The position numbers and the translations under genes were made by a program. DNA of 55,348 nt, counting the filler, from Porpidia crustulata (Eukaryota): assembly GCA_964255105.1 (NCBI GenBank). It is 5 parts of 5 records of this genome, joined end to end, with 100 filler letters (N's around TTAATTAATTAA, not from the genome) between each part and the next. Parts side by side here need not be neighbours in the genome. Positions count along the whole stretch, not along the records: positions 11,111 to 22,110 come from CAXUWE010000711.1; positions 22,211 to 33,197 come from CAXUWE010000712.1; positions 33,298 to 44,273 come from CAXUWE010000713.1; 2 more parts are not named here. One strand, written 5' to 3'. The notes beneath the pieces are model-generated. The model was given only the letters and a program-made list of their open reading frames with translations. It had not been told where the DNA came from and did not search any database. Numbering within the stretch: the first letter of the stretch is position 1; each line of letters starts with the position of its first letter. Shown here in pieces: positions 21,347-34,089 of the stretch.

Positions 21347-22110
21347 TGGTGCCAGGCTTGGTGGGCATAAATGACCTCAGCTTTGCATCTGGCTCGGTGT
21401 TTCTTTGCTCGAGCGTCTTGAGATTATATCGGTTGGGGTGAGGGGTTTCTTGTTACAATAGCGATATCCATTGAGTACGGTGTTATAGATATGGCTGTCT
21501 CGAGAAGGAGACCTTTTGATTTCGCTTGCGTTTGTACCATAGCATGCCATTTACCAAAATCTTTACGTTGTTTTCACATTCTCCTGGTTGTTGCCAGGCG
21601 CGGTCACTCATGCGGAGCTGTCGCAGAATTCCGGGCTGCCAACGGCGCAACTTCTTTGGACGAAGCCAAGCTGGAATACATTTAATTTCGCGCTTGTCCT
21701 TTACAGCGTGACATTGGTAACAATAGAGGAAACAACTCAAATAGTCCCGTAAGTTATCTCAGTCTAAAGATCATAGAAAACCACCCCAATCGTACCCCTT
21801 CTCCCTAACCCAACTTCTCTTCGAGCATCCGCCCCACGAATCGACGCTCGTTTCCTCGTACCATCCAAATAAGAAAACCCATTGTTGCTACGACCACCCC
21901 CGAGGACACATGTTTACCCGGGTGAGGAAACTGATGGATAGGCCGAGGGGGCGCACCCACCGCAATTGCACCACCAAAAGGCGAAATATTCAGTCATTAG
22001 ACCTAGCCTGTGTGCTACTAGATATATCGGGTGTTATGGCACTAATACCCATCGCCGCTCAACCCATCACCGCTTGCCCCTCTCCTTCCTTTGTTCCCCA
22101 ATCCTTCTTC

Positions 22111-22210
22111 NNNNNNNNNNNNNNNNNNNNNNNNNNNNNNNNNNNNNNNNNNNNTTAATTAATTAANNNNNNNNNNNNNNNNNNNNNNNNNNNNNNNNNN
22201 NNNNNNNNNN
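22111..22210. other. Artificial contig linker N44-TTAATTAATTAA-N44
   Basis: Same 100-nt spacer. Confidence 0.97.
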
Positions 22211-23086
22211 GGTTATATTGACTAATCTTAACTAGCGCGGACCGTTTGGGGGTGGGAACGAGTACCTATTATCACTCGGCTACCATGCCTCGGCTATTAC
22301 ACAGATCCCATTCTCTTCCTCTCGTCCTCATGTAAAAGGTATCACACTCTATGAATGATACTGTCAGACCCAGTCTCGAACCCTCTATGATTGGCTTAAT
22401 AAGCATTCTTAATCCCTCCATCAAGTCTGAGCGACTGCGCACGCACTTATCGCAAATCTAATTCACCAAGTTTCATCATATATGGCTTTCTGAGTCTGTC
22501 TGACTGAAGAAACAATATATCGCCGACGGGAATAATTAGTAGTTTGGCCAATTTGCTGCTCAGTCAATCTACGACTCATGAATTCGAATGCCTTCGCTGT
22601 CTCGCTATCGCACTATTCTGCCATTACCTCGATATGCTTCTCGTCCACGTATTCCACGTCTCATCGTAATCGCTCGCCGAGTTCAGAGGGTACGAGAAAG
22701 TTAATGGACATCCTGATCTTTAGCTACTGTGCCATCCTCCAGCTTCAATACTAGCTTGTCTCTTATCAGCAGATGCCCCTCGCTGGTGCCGAAATACCTC
22801 ACTTCTGGATCGAACCTCGAAGTCACGGTGTTATCCCTGTATACTTCGAGCGTTGGGTTTGGAGAAGCCATTAGACCTAAATTGACAATTCTGTTGCAAG
22901 CGCTTATTGCTCTGAGCGGTGTTTGCCGCCCTTATTTTGTAGATCAGACATGCAGCATACCAATCCAGCGACCTCGAAATAGGCCATTGGGGTATCCTAT
23001 CTATTGCCTTTAAATGTTCCCCCCTGCCTGTGGACCCATTTGTACGCCTTGAATGCATGTTCCTCCCTGACCCCTGCCCTCCCTCC

Positions 23087-25124
23087 TTACTTTGCCACCT
23101 TAGCCTTTTTCTTCTTAGGTCCCTCCTCTGCATCCAACTTAGGGGCGGGTGCATCATCTCCGTCTTCCATCTCTTCGTCACTCCCGCTGCTCTCATGCGC
23201 CGAGTCATACTCCTCTGCGACGTCGGAATCAGAATCCGTTCGGAAATCCTCATCAACGCTCTCCTCATCCTCATCAGCGGAGCCACGGTCGGCGCGTGCG
23301 GCGACGACTTCTTCGTCTGACGAGACTATGTCGGCGTCGTTGAGAGCGGCGGCCAAGATGGCGCCGGACTAAATAGGAATTAGCATGGATTGATCTGGGT
23401 GGATTGCAGGGAGATGGGGCTTACGTCGTCGAGCATTTCGTTGCGGGTTTTGAGGTTTTTTGCCGCGAAGAATTCTTCAAGTGGTTTTTGTTCCTCACTA
23501 TTTGGTTTGAGTAAAAGTCATACGTCCAAGACTTAGAAGTCTTACCGATTGATATTACTAAATTGATGTTCGCCAGAGCCTCTAGTGCTGATTGTGATAT
23601 CGAATGTCCGACTTGCTGAAACAGCACCGCCTACTCGTGACATAACAATGACCGAGATATTATCGAATTGGATGTATGAAGCCGGCTTCGGTACGAACAT
23701 GAAACTCTTGTCCAAGCAGAAGAGATGACCTTCGTTGGCCTTGATGCTACATTTGACCCCAGATTGCTGGTGGTGACTGAGATTATCAGCGGAAATGACC
23801 ATGGGCGATGTGTTAAGTACATTAATTATTGACATGTACATCTGCAAAGGGTGACATACCTGACAAAGTCTTTGGACGGTGTGACGACCTTTTTCCCAGC
23901 AAGGCCACGGAAGACCTGAGCGACCACCGAGTGCTGCGGCTGCTCATAATGCGGCAACAGTTTGCCTCTGTACTTCTCTTCCAGAAGCTCCCTGTCTACG
24001 TATTAGCACAAGCTCGGTGTAACACAGTGGCTTCTATACTCAGTCATGTTCAGATCGATCACCACTTCCTCTTCTCGCTTGAATTGCATCACAAGGAACG
24101 GATAGCGTGTCTGACCTTGCCGCAATGGAGGATCAAGGCCTATTGTGATTAAAGTGTGGAGATCATCGGGCTTAGGGAGAAGCATAAACTTCTTAATGTG
24201 ATCGTACTGAATTTTGTAGTCATAAGTTTTTCCGCGTAATCGAAAAGAGCTCTCGTACATATCGACATCAAATCTCCCCCTACGTGTTGATCAGTATAGC
24301 GTTTGTTCAGCAGATATGTCCCAAGTATGTACCTTGGCGTAAGATGCAGCACGTCGAGAAATGTTGCAAAAGTATCCCCAGCAACTTCTCCAATTTCTGC
24401 TTTGTCCATCAGAGTTTCGTAGAATAGATTGGCGGCATTTTGCTCCTCCACATCTGAGCCACCCACGCTCTTCTCCTCTCCATCTGCGTCCTTCTCCTTT
24501 TTCGTGGCAGTTCCAGGAATATAGAACCTCATCTCCACCATCTGATCTCGCGCGGCACCAGCTTTACGCCCTCTGCTTCGGGCGCCACCCAGATGCCCAT
24601 TTGTGCCAGTCTCATTACCGCCTGCAGGTAGTGAGAATTCAATCGCCACCTCATTCTTACCCGCAAGGTTAGTGTTCGAGATTTCCGAGTAGGGTATTTC
24701 GAATGCCGGACGATTCTGCACATTGAAAGCCAACTCTGCCTTGCCGAACTCCCCTTTACCCCAATTCCAGCCTCTCAGAGCGTGCTCTTTACTTTCCAAA
24801 TTGATGCCGTAGAAGAGTTTGAAAGCTTTGCTAACACGGTCAAAGTCCTGGTACGACAAGTAAGCCCTCGCGAATGGGCAAATTAGTTGTACCACTCACT
24901 TCTTGGTCAAAGCCGTCGAGTTGTATGACGCCTGAAGTTCGGGATAGTATTTTGAGCTCGAAGCCTCTGGCGGCACGACTCCACTGAGCCCCTCCAATAT
25001 TATTACCATCAAGGGTGAAGGTCTCACCACCGCCAGAGGGCTTCCAACCCAGCCCACTCTCCGCTATCCTGCTCTTACCAGGTTGCTTTGAGAGGTCTAA
25101 ATATATGCCTTCAAAAGACTCCAT
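23087..25124 (-). CDS. POB3: FACT complex subunit Pob3/SSRP1, multi-exon
   Basis: MESFEGIYLD, LRGWNWGK, EMRFYIPG, LDPPLRQGQTRYPFLVMQF and KCSIKANEGHLF. Acidic C-terminal tail with NLS PKKKKAK. Confidence 0.97.
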
Positions 25125-26166
25125 TTTGCAGACTCACTCAAACTTACGTGAGGCGATTCAAAGTGAGTTGTAGCATATGGAAAGACGTGTAGGCTTGTAG
25201 CGCGTTTGATTGGTAGGTAGACGCGGACACTTTCAGAGATAGCCGCGACGGTCCAGAATACCCACCGGTTATATTGGTTTCATCGTACCCCTCTAAATCC
25301 GCGAATATGTTATTAAAAACGCGGGCTTGCTGCTGCCATACGGCGCGGTACCGGACTGTCCAGACTGCTCATCAGAGGCTGCATACATGTGCTGCAGGTA
25401 GGAGGTAAATGGGAAGTCTCAGCCAATCGTGTACAACTACTACTAAACTTTATGGAGAATTCGCCTAGAAGAGAGAGGTAGCAAGCCGTAGTTGATTGTA
25501 TGCAAGGACATCTTGTCCAGGATATGCCTCAAGCTACAGGGGGTGTGCAGAGCTACTAGGGTGAATTAGTACCAATACTTTACGTGGTCGTGATAAATTA
25601 CCAATGTAATGAGATATATCGCGCCAATAACGTAGCTTGTGATTTGTTCGTCTCTTGTATCAATCAAGGTGCTTTCCCACGGTCTTCTTACCATGGAGTG
25701 ATTGCGTTCTGATCTAGCATTCTAATGACGCCTTGTGTATAGGAAAGGTAGAAGGTGTGATGGATGCGCATGTATTGAATCGTGAACAGCTTCTATATTC
25801 GGCCGTCATACTGGATTCGAACCCTACCGAAATAACTGAAGCATCCAGTCGCTCTAATGAGAAGAATACGCCGAGGCTGTCAGTGCTCTATGCTTTATTC
25901 TTCGTCGGTCCTTAGCCACAGCATGTTTTCATCTCCTGGAGCTCACGAATCAAATGAAAGGAGTTTTGCTTTCCTCATTTCCAGCATTATGCATGCGCCG
26001 GCCACTAATGGTGTGGATCGCAATACTGTATTTATTGGTTCAAAAATAAAATGTAATCCTAAGTCTCTTATCTCTCTTCTCCCCCACCTTTGCTGATATC
26101 CTCCGTGCAAGATTTCGGTCACACGTTGCTCTTAATACAATAGGAACTGTGTGCCTTTGTCAGGGT

Positions 26167-28194
26167 ATGGATCATCACTATGCTCAGCTCAGCCATGGGC
26201 AGAACAACCTGGGGAGCAATAATTCTACCTTCGACGAGACCTCGCTCGTGGGAGCACATGGAAATTATACATCAGACTGCCCGGCGGCTAGCTGGAGTGA
26301 GACCGTGAGCCCCATCAGTGACTCTACCGCACAGCGCTCGAAACAACATCCGCGAGCCACAGATCACACTAGGTCAAGGAGCTCGACATCTCACAACAGC
26401 ATTCGACATACTCAGATCTTAGGGAATTGGTGGGTGGAAATTGGCGCGTGTTTCCTCTCTCTCGTGGCTCTTTTCACCATCGTTGCGACTCTATATCCAC
26501 ACCAAGACAAACCCTTACCGCAGTGGCCCTACCATATATCTGTGAATTCACTGATCGCCATTTATGTGGTCATCCTCAAAGCTATGATACTGCTCGTCAT
26601 TGCGGAAGGCTTGAGTCAGCTAAAATGGCGACGTTTTGCTCAGGACAGGCCACTAGATGATCTACTTAGGTACGATGAAGCTAGTCAAGGCCCGTGGGGC
26701 GCGGTAAGACTACTTTGGAGACTACGCCTGCAACATCCTCTATCTTCGATTGGAGCATTCATTACATTGTTCGTACTTCTCACCGATCCGACCACGCAGC
26801 AGATCATTCGCTTCTACGATTGCAATGTGTTTATTGATGGCTCAACAGCCTCTATCCCTCGTACAAACTTCTACTCGTATGAGGCCAGGCATGCAGGCGC
26901 TGGAGTGGAAACCATTGAACCGTCTCTCGAAACTGCAATAAATGCCGGAATCTTTTCGCCCGGTCAATCTGTGACTACAAAGTGCGATAGTGGCAATTGC
27001 ACTTTTCCGGATGAGTATCACACTTTTGGCTATTGCAGCAGCTGCATTGACACATCTGACCAATTGAGTGTCCAAAACTCAACCGACCACCTTGGCGGGA
27101 GAATGACGACGATATCCACTCCTTCAAATATGACTGTCTACCTGTCCGAACTGTATGAACTTCCATCGAAAGTCATGGCGATGACGACAGACGGTGTCGC
27201 TACCATCGATATTCTCAGAGGCCCATCGCAGCAGGCAGAATGCGGCGATCGTTACATGACAGAGGACTGGTCCTGTGGGGGCTACGGCGCTGCGAGTTGC
27301 ACATTAAGTCCTTGTGTTCGTACGTCCAAAGCCGCCATTTCAGCTGGCAACTTTGAAGAATCTCTGGTTTTCCAGACAGGCTCTCAACCTTTTGGCTATC
27401 TGGAGAATTCTGATAGTGCGCCGTGGTGGACGACCATCATCGACACGCGCTGTATCTCTTCCAAAGAAAGAGAAAATCTTCTGTCTGCAGGCTACAAGAT
27501 ACCATCAAGTACGCCGTGGCTTCCATACAATATTAGTTTTGATCCGACATCGCGACCGCCCAGTGACGCGCCCTTCCCGCAATCCATGCTCGTACATCAA
27601 TGCGTGTATGGTATAGATCAAATTTTCAAGAACAGTCTGTGGTAGTTGTTTTTAGTCTCATTCTTGACCGGCAACGTGACCGGCGTGCCCTCATTGGGTC
27701 TCCACGGCGAAGTGACTGGCTACACGGGGCCTCAGAACCTCCGGACCATCTACAACTTCGGCAACCTCTCCTTCCACGACGTCGAACAGACCTTTCAGAA
27801 CATTTCCAACAGTTTCACAAACTACCTGCGCGAGCACGGCAACGAAAACTACAGCGCATCCGTGCTCGGGCAGGCCCTGCGCCACGAGACCTGCCTCGCA
27901 GTGCGCTGGGTTTGGTTGATGTTCCCCAGCGTGGCGGTGTTGCTGACGTTGCTGTTCTTCGCGGCCATGGTGTTTGACACCCGACCGACGGGGCACCGCG
28001 CGCAGATTTGGAAATCGTCGCCGCTCGCGTTGCTGTACCATGGGCTTGAACGACCAAATGTCGAGGGTGTCGATCATCTCAAGGGGATGGAACGCGCGGC
28101 GAAAGGCATGTCGGTGCGCCTGCGGAGTACGCAGACGGGAGTGAAGTTCGTTGAAACGGCCAACGAATTCCTGGACATGAAACGTGGTCGATGA
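26167..28194 (+). pseudogene. DUF3176-like membrane protein gene interrupted by a single in-frame TAG (27643-27645)
   Basis: WWVEI, PLPQWPYHISVNSLI, EGLSQLKW, YDEASQGPWG, CDSGNCTF, VRWVWLMFP and WKSSPLALLYHGL. ORFs 26149-27645 and 27646-28194 are in the same frame. Confidence 0.75.
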
Positions 28195-28942
28195 GGGCGT
28201 TGAAGGTTATTAATTTTGATTACACGCACGAGGTCGATTACAACTTCCCCTGCCAAATCAGCTGCAAAAAGCAGCATCAGCACGCAAAACCCTTCCTCAA
28301 CCCCAAGCAACTTAAAACATGAACGCAACTAAACGCGCAAAACCAAACTTCTTTATCAGAGATATTCCCTTCCCCATAGGTTAAACGAGAATGAGTAGTA
28401 AGCAAGCCTCGAATCTAACCCATCTCATTTATTTTTTCATACGATTTCAATAGTCGTACTATGCTTCTAAAAACCGCTCTACGCCTCTATCCCACACCCT
28501 TAAACCGCAACAACCTCCGAAGTCCACTTTAGTCAATTAGAGCCCCCCCCCAGTAAATCCATCTTACCGGGCTGGCTTGTTGTCAATCAAATCTCTCCAC
28601 CGCCGTTCCCAAGGGCGTCACGAAAAGCCATGGTACATTTTACTTCGAGTAGGCTGGTGGTCTGCGTTGGATTTGGTGTGGTGGTGTGGTGTTCTGATAG
28701 TTCGATGATGAAATTTATCCTTCCAACGCTTCCATAAACACCTAAATAAACAATTCTCGCAGCCGCTACCATGACATGGAGATTTTACATACGACAAGCC
28801 GAGCTTCCTATCCACCACCACCCATGCGCCGCATCGCTTTCTCTACTTCTTTAGTTATTTATGGAAATGGAAAATTTCTATCGAGGTAAGTAGTTATGGG
28901 AAAGGGATTGAAATATGGAGGAGAGGGAAGAGATGAGAGAAA

Positions 28943-29105
28943 NNNNNNNNNNNNNNNNNNNNNNNNNNNNNNNNNNNNNNNNNNNNNNNNNNNNNNNNNN
29001 NNNNNNNNNNNNNNNNNNNNNNNNNNNNNNNNNNNNNNNNNNAGAGAGAAGAGAGAAGAGAGAAGAGAGAAGAGAGAAGAGAGAAGAGAGAAGAGAGAAG
29101 AGAGG
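28943..29105 (+). repeat. (GAGAGAA)n heptanucleotide tandem repeat next to a 100-N scaffold gap
   Basis: About 8 visible units at 29044-29099 directly after N100 (28943-29042). Confidence 0.9.
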
Positions 29106-29647
29106 AAGAGGAAAGGAGGGACGATGAATGCTTAAGGGAATGAGAGAGCGAGTGGATGAAGAGTAGATGGGTTGATGATTGAGGTCATGATGGGAATGTG
29201 ATAGAGCTGGTCTTTTTCTTCTTTGCTTTTCTGTTGTAAGGAGTGCCTTGATTGCCCGATTGCCCCTGTATCTGTGCCTTTAGTATCATAGGGTTAGGGT
29301 CTTAAGATGGATAAGGAGATTAGGGTTCATGATGGTCATTATCAACGTAGCAAGGGTCCCTAGGTACGAAGAGTCAGAGTAGGGGTTTGAAATCAAAGAA
29401 GGGAATGATTGAGGTATTCTTGGTGCTCGATCCAAGTGTCCATCTTGGCTGATGGTTTCCCCACTCAGCCGGAAGAACAAGGTGCCCCGCCAAAGAGGTT
29501 CCGCCGACCCCACGGCAAAACAAACAAGCAAACATCTAACCTATCCGCATCGTACGTTGCTCCATATTTCTCACACGAATACACTGTTCTTATAATCCGA
29601 AGCTCTCTAGATCCCCAGAATACTACAAAAAGAACTTAACGGCAATC

Positions 29648-30600
29648 ATGGGCCGCCAATTCTTCGTGGGGGGGAATTTCAAGATGTCCGTCGCTCCCTT
29701 GGGGAAGGTTTTCGTTGCTAATAGATCTTGAGGAGTTAGGAATGGCACGATCAAGAGCATTACGGAGATTGTGCAGGGTTTGAATGATGCCAAGCTAGAT
29801 CCGAAGACCGGTACGCTTGATTCCATTTTCTCCAGCTCGTCTATCTCGAATGATGCGCCTCCTGCCAAACCCACAAATACCCTCCGACCCCCGGGCTCAC
29901 AAACTTTGCAGAAGTCGTCATCGCACCTCCGGGTCTGTTCCTCCTCCTGACACGCGAGCATCTACGTAAAGGCATAGAAGTCGCAGCGCAGAACGTGTTT
30001 GATAAGCCAAACGGAGCCTTCACTGGTGAAATTAGCGTGGAGCAATTAAAGGAGAACGACATCTCATGGTCGTTAACCGGGCACAGCGAGCGGCGGGTCA
30101 TCCTGGGGGAAGAAGACGACTTCGTCGCCCGAAAAACCAAAGCCGCCCTCGACGGCGGTCTAGGGGCGATCTTGTGCGTCGGGGAAACCCTCGAGCAGCG
30201 GGAAGCCAACAAGACCATCGAGATCGTCACACGCCAGCTCCGAGCCGTGGTCGAACGCACCAAGGATTGGTCGAAGATTGTAGTGGCGTACGAGCCGGTG
30301 TGGGCTATAGGTACAGGCAAGGTCGCCACGACGGAGCAGGCGCAGGAGGTGCACGCGGCCATTCGTCACTGGCTGGCGAAGAATGTGTCGAAGGATGCGG
30401 CGGAGAAGACGAGGATTATTTATGGAGGTAGTGTGAGTAATAAGAATTGCAAGGAGCTGGCAAAGCAGCCGGATATCGATGGGTTTCTGGTCGGAGGGGC
30501 TAGCTTGAAACCGGCTTGTAAGTGACCTGTCTTTACGAATGACGAGATTGTACTGACAGGCTTGACTTTAGTCCACGATATTGTAAACGCCAGACTATGA
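29648..30600 (+). CDS. TPI1: Triosephosphate isomerase, 4 exons
   Basis: [40 protein letters not shown] and [12 protein letters not shown]; three GT-AG introns. Confidence 0.98.
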
Positions 30601-30798
30601 GCAATATTAGCACTCATCGACTTGGTTAAGCGATCAAACAACTCCATCGGAGAAGAGGGCAGATAGAATCATTGAGGTCTCCAAAAGCTTCACAGTGTTG
30701 AATGTTCCTGTCCGTAGCGCACAAGAATGACCAGCCAATAATGATCTTCAGATATTCGACAATAACTCCACTGTAATGCTATGCAACCCTCATTCCTC

Positions 30799-31362
30799 CT
30801 ACCCAAACATTGGCGGCTTCGCCCCATGCATGGGACTCCAAATCCCTCTGACCGATTCGTTCTCACTCTCCACCACCCTGCCTCCCTTGACAACCCTCAA
30901 CTTCTCCCCGTTCGCGTCCCTCAGCAGCTCCGCCTTCTTGAGCACCTGTTCCTTTTCCAGGTTCCTGACGCAGATGGCCTTTTCCCGACCATTAATGTAG
31001 GTGCCGCGGATGACGGGATGTCTGCTGGGACGGGGCGAGACGCGCATCTCGATCTGGGGGTGCTGGGCCGCGAATTTGGGGAGGACGAATTGGAGGAAAG
31101 CGCTGCGTGGCGGGGGGACGAAGTTAGTATTTGGAGGAACCTGCGGGATGAGGTGATGGTGGAGTGAAGGGTGAGAGGGCGCACTTCATGCCCTTGGAGC
31201 TGCCGGCCCAGTCGCAGTAGTGGAAGTCGAGGCGTTTGCATTGAAGGATGAATGCGCCGACGCCATTCTGAGTCATGTCAGCGGCAGTCCGAAATTGGCA
31301 AGAGTGTGATACGAGGTCTTTACCTGGCCGATTGAAACTCGTCGTATGGCCTGGACAGGCAT
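30799..31362 (-). CDS. MRPL51: Mitochondrial ribosomal protein mL43 (yeast Mrpl51), 3 exons
   Basis: Spliced NGVGAFILQCKRLDFHYCDWAGSSKGMN...HPVIRGTYINGREKAICVRNL...SVRGIWSPMH. Confidence 0.93.
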
Positions 31363-31579
31363 CGTTATCTGGACCAGCTGAGCATGATCTGATATATTCC
31401 GTGATGTCTGCGAAGTTGATCGTCGGCGTTTTTTTGTGTCGAAAAATACAGCGCTAGCCGTGTAGAAACCAAATTGCTTCACGCGTTTTCACTGCCATAC
31501 ACTCAACTCCACCGAACCATCCTTTTCAAACCCTCTTTACCCAAAGTCTCTGTCACCGTTCCCTTGAAATCTCATCGTA

Positions 31580-33104
31580 ATGACCCACAAACTCCCCCCC
31601 AACCTGCTCGCGCTCTTCGCCGCCCGGCCGGCTCTCCGTTACATGCCGCCCAGCGACCACGCCCCGGAAGAGCGTAAAACCAATAATATCGGTGGCGTTG
31701 CCCAGTACCTCACTGCGCTTGACGAGTATAAGGACCTGCCCTACGAGCCAACCGAGAGTTGGCTGCAGCGCAAAGACCGGTTGCGGCTAGAGAAGAAGGA
31801 GAGGCAGGAGAATTTACTCACGGAAGGTTTTACGAGTGGGTGTTTCCCCCCTTTTGCTATCGCAGAGGTTTTTCTTACTCTTGCAATACGAGGCACTTGA
31901 CTGACAGGTTTACGGGGCAACAGAGAAGCCGGAGGATGATCCTCAGGTCCGTGGGGACGCTTTTAAGACATTGTTTGTAGCGAGGTTGAGTTATGGGACT
32001 ACGGAGGAGGATTTGGGGAGAGAATTTGAGCGGTTTGGACCCATTGAGCGCGTATGTTTGAGCTTATGCCTTGCCACTACCAGACTTCTGCTGATCTCCG
32101 TGGCTTTCAGATACGTATTGTCACGGATACGCACGATGAGGGTGACGAAGCGAAATCAAGAAAGAAGAAGAAGGCTCATCGAGGTTATGCTTTTATAGTC
32201 TACGAGCGGGAGAAAGATATGAAGGGTACAACTTCCATTTCCACCATTGCAGATTCCACGAGACAAGCGTGCAGCTGCATTCTTGACTAGACTACTTGGG
32301 GTACTTGACTAACACTCGGCCTGTGCCTTTTGAACGATTTTAGCTGCCTACAAAGAAACCGACGGTATACGAATCAAAGATCGTCGAGTTGTAGTGGACG
32401 TTGAGCGTGGTCGCACAGTGAAAGGCTGGAAACCTCGTCGTCTTGGTGGAGGTCTGGGCGGTCGCGGTTACACCAAAGCCATGCCAGCTCGACCAGCAGC
32501 ACCAGTCAGTGGCTTCGCTGCCCCAGCAGGGCCTGGCGGTTTCCAAGGTGGCGGATTCCGCGGTGGCTTCAGCGGCGGACGAGGCGGCGGATTCAGAGGA
32601 GGATTCCGTGGCGGTGACAGAGGATTTGGCGGAGGAAGAGGAGGTGTCGGATACCAAGGTGGTGGTGGATTCGGTGGAAGAGGAGGCGGAGCGTCTAATG
32701 GCTATAGTAACCCAGCGCCACCCCCTAATGCCCCTTCAGGTCCAGGCGGAAACCGAGGTGGTTTCGGAGGTGGGTACGGAGGCTCCCCTGTTAACGGCGG
32801 CATGAACGGCTCAGCGGCTCCGGCGGACACGAATGGCGGACGTGGTGGGTATGGAGGAGATCCGAGACGTAGTGGTTCATACGACGACCGACCTTCCTAC
32901 CGCGGCGGGAGCAGCGGTGGTTATGGTGATAGCCGCTCAGGAGGCTTCACCGGTAGCAACCGTGAGCCGGTAAGACCCAGAGAATCGTACGGAGATAGAG
33001 ACCGAGATCGAGGGTACAGCCGTGGAAGGGAGGATGATTACAGCAGCCGGAAGCGATATCACGACGGTGAAGGAGATGATCCACGCAGCAAACGAAGGTA
33101 TTAG
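31580..33104 (+). CDS. SNP1: U1 snRNP 70K protein, 4 exons
   Basis: [20 protein letters not shown] ([20 protein letters not shown]), [24 protein letters not shown] and an RGG/RD-rich tail. Confidence 0.97.
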
Positions 33105-33197
33105 TCTTTTAGGCTATGGCATCGGTTTGTTGGGTGGGTCCCTCTTCGCTTTACGTCTTTCTCTACAACATTCCAGGGTAAGCGGAGTACACAAAAC

Positions 33198-33297
33198 NNN
33201 NNNNNNNNNNNNNNNNNNNNNNNNNNNNNNNNNNNNNNNNNTTAATTAATTAANNNNNNNNNNNNNNNNNNNNNNNNNNNNNNNNNNNNNNNNNNNN
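33198..33297. other. Artificial contig linker N44-TTAATTAATTAA-N44
   Basis: Same 100-nt spacer. Confidence 0.97.
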
Positions 33298-33915
33298 TCC
33301 CTATCCCCCTCCCTCGCCCATCTCCGGCTCCTCCCCGCGATCATCTACGCCGCAGACCCCAAACTCTGCCAACACCTCTCACAAACCCAGCCTTTCTTCG
33401 CCCTGGCGGCAACGCTCACTCTGTACGCCCACGACATCCAGGAATACGGCGACATCGCTCGGCTCTTCGACTTTCTGATTACGCACGGAGCGGCCGTTTC
33501 CGTCTACTTCTTTGCCGTCATCGTCCTGTCGAGACGGGCTGAGCTCTTCGACATCCCGGCCGACGAACCGGAAATGCTACACTCGGTCCTGTCCAAGCTG
33601 CCGAAACCGCTAGACCTGGAAGCTCTGATCTCGAGAACGATGGCCCTGTTCGTCGAGCATCCACCAGAGCGCTTGCCGTTTCGCGCCTGGTCCAAAATCT
33701 CGCCCTTTAGCGTCTTGAAGACTACACGCATATTGATCGCGAGGCAAACTCTAAAAGATGGCGAAGAGCTGTTCGCAATGCAGACCGCGCAACTGAAGAG
33801 GCAGGAGCAGCTCGAACGAGTAAAAGCTGTGCTGTGGAAATATAGACGCCCTGCTGGCGGGATCGGCTTGGCCGTCATGGTCGGCGTTCTTTCGTATTGG
33901 CTTAGGCGGAAATGA
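33298..33915 (+). CDS. GYP8: Rab-GAP TBC-domain protein (Gyp8/TBC1D20-like), 3' part only
   Basis: Open from the contig edge: PFFALAATLTLYAHDIQEYGDIARLFDFL...EMLHSVLSKLP, with a C-terminal tail anchor. Confidence 0.82.
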   Translation, partial: SLSPSLAHLRLLPAIIYAADPKLCQHLSQTQPFFALAATLTLYAHDIQEYGDIARLFDFLITHGAAVSVYFFAVIVLSRRAELFDIPADEPEMLHSVLSKLPKPLDLEALISRTMALFVEHPPERLPFRAWSKISPFSVLKTTRILIARQTLKDGEELFAMQTAQLKRQEQLERVKAVLWKYRRPAGGIGLAVMVGVLSYWLRRK

Positions 33916-34089
33916 CCGCGTCATTAGTCACGAAGTCCCGATGTGCTGGATTTGATGAAAACATTGTATAAAGATCTCTACCGATAGATGTTGGGATGCG
34001 CAGGGCGTCACAACATTCATACTACCATTACATCATTATAAATCATGTACAAACCATCACTACAATACAGCCCACCACCTCACCTCAGA

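Noticed and set aside
28896..29135. ORFs with REKREER repeats
   Set aside because: Translation of the GAGAGAA repeat and the N gap.
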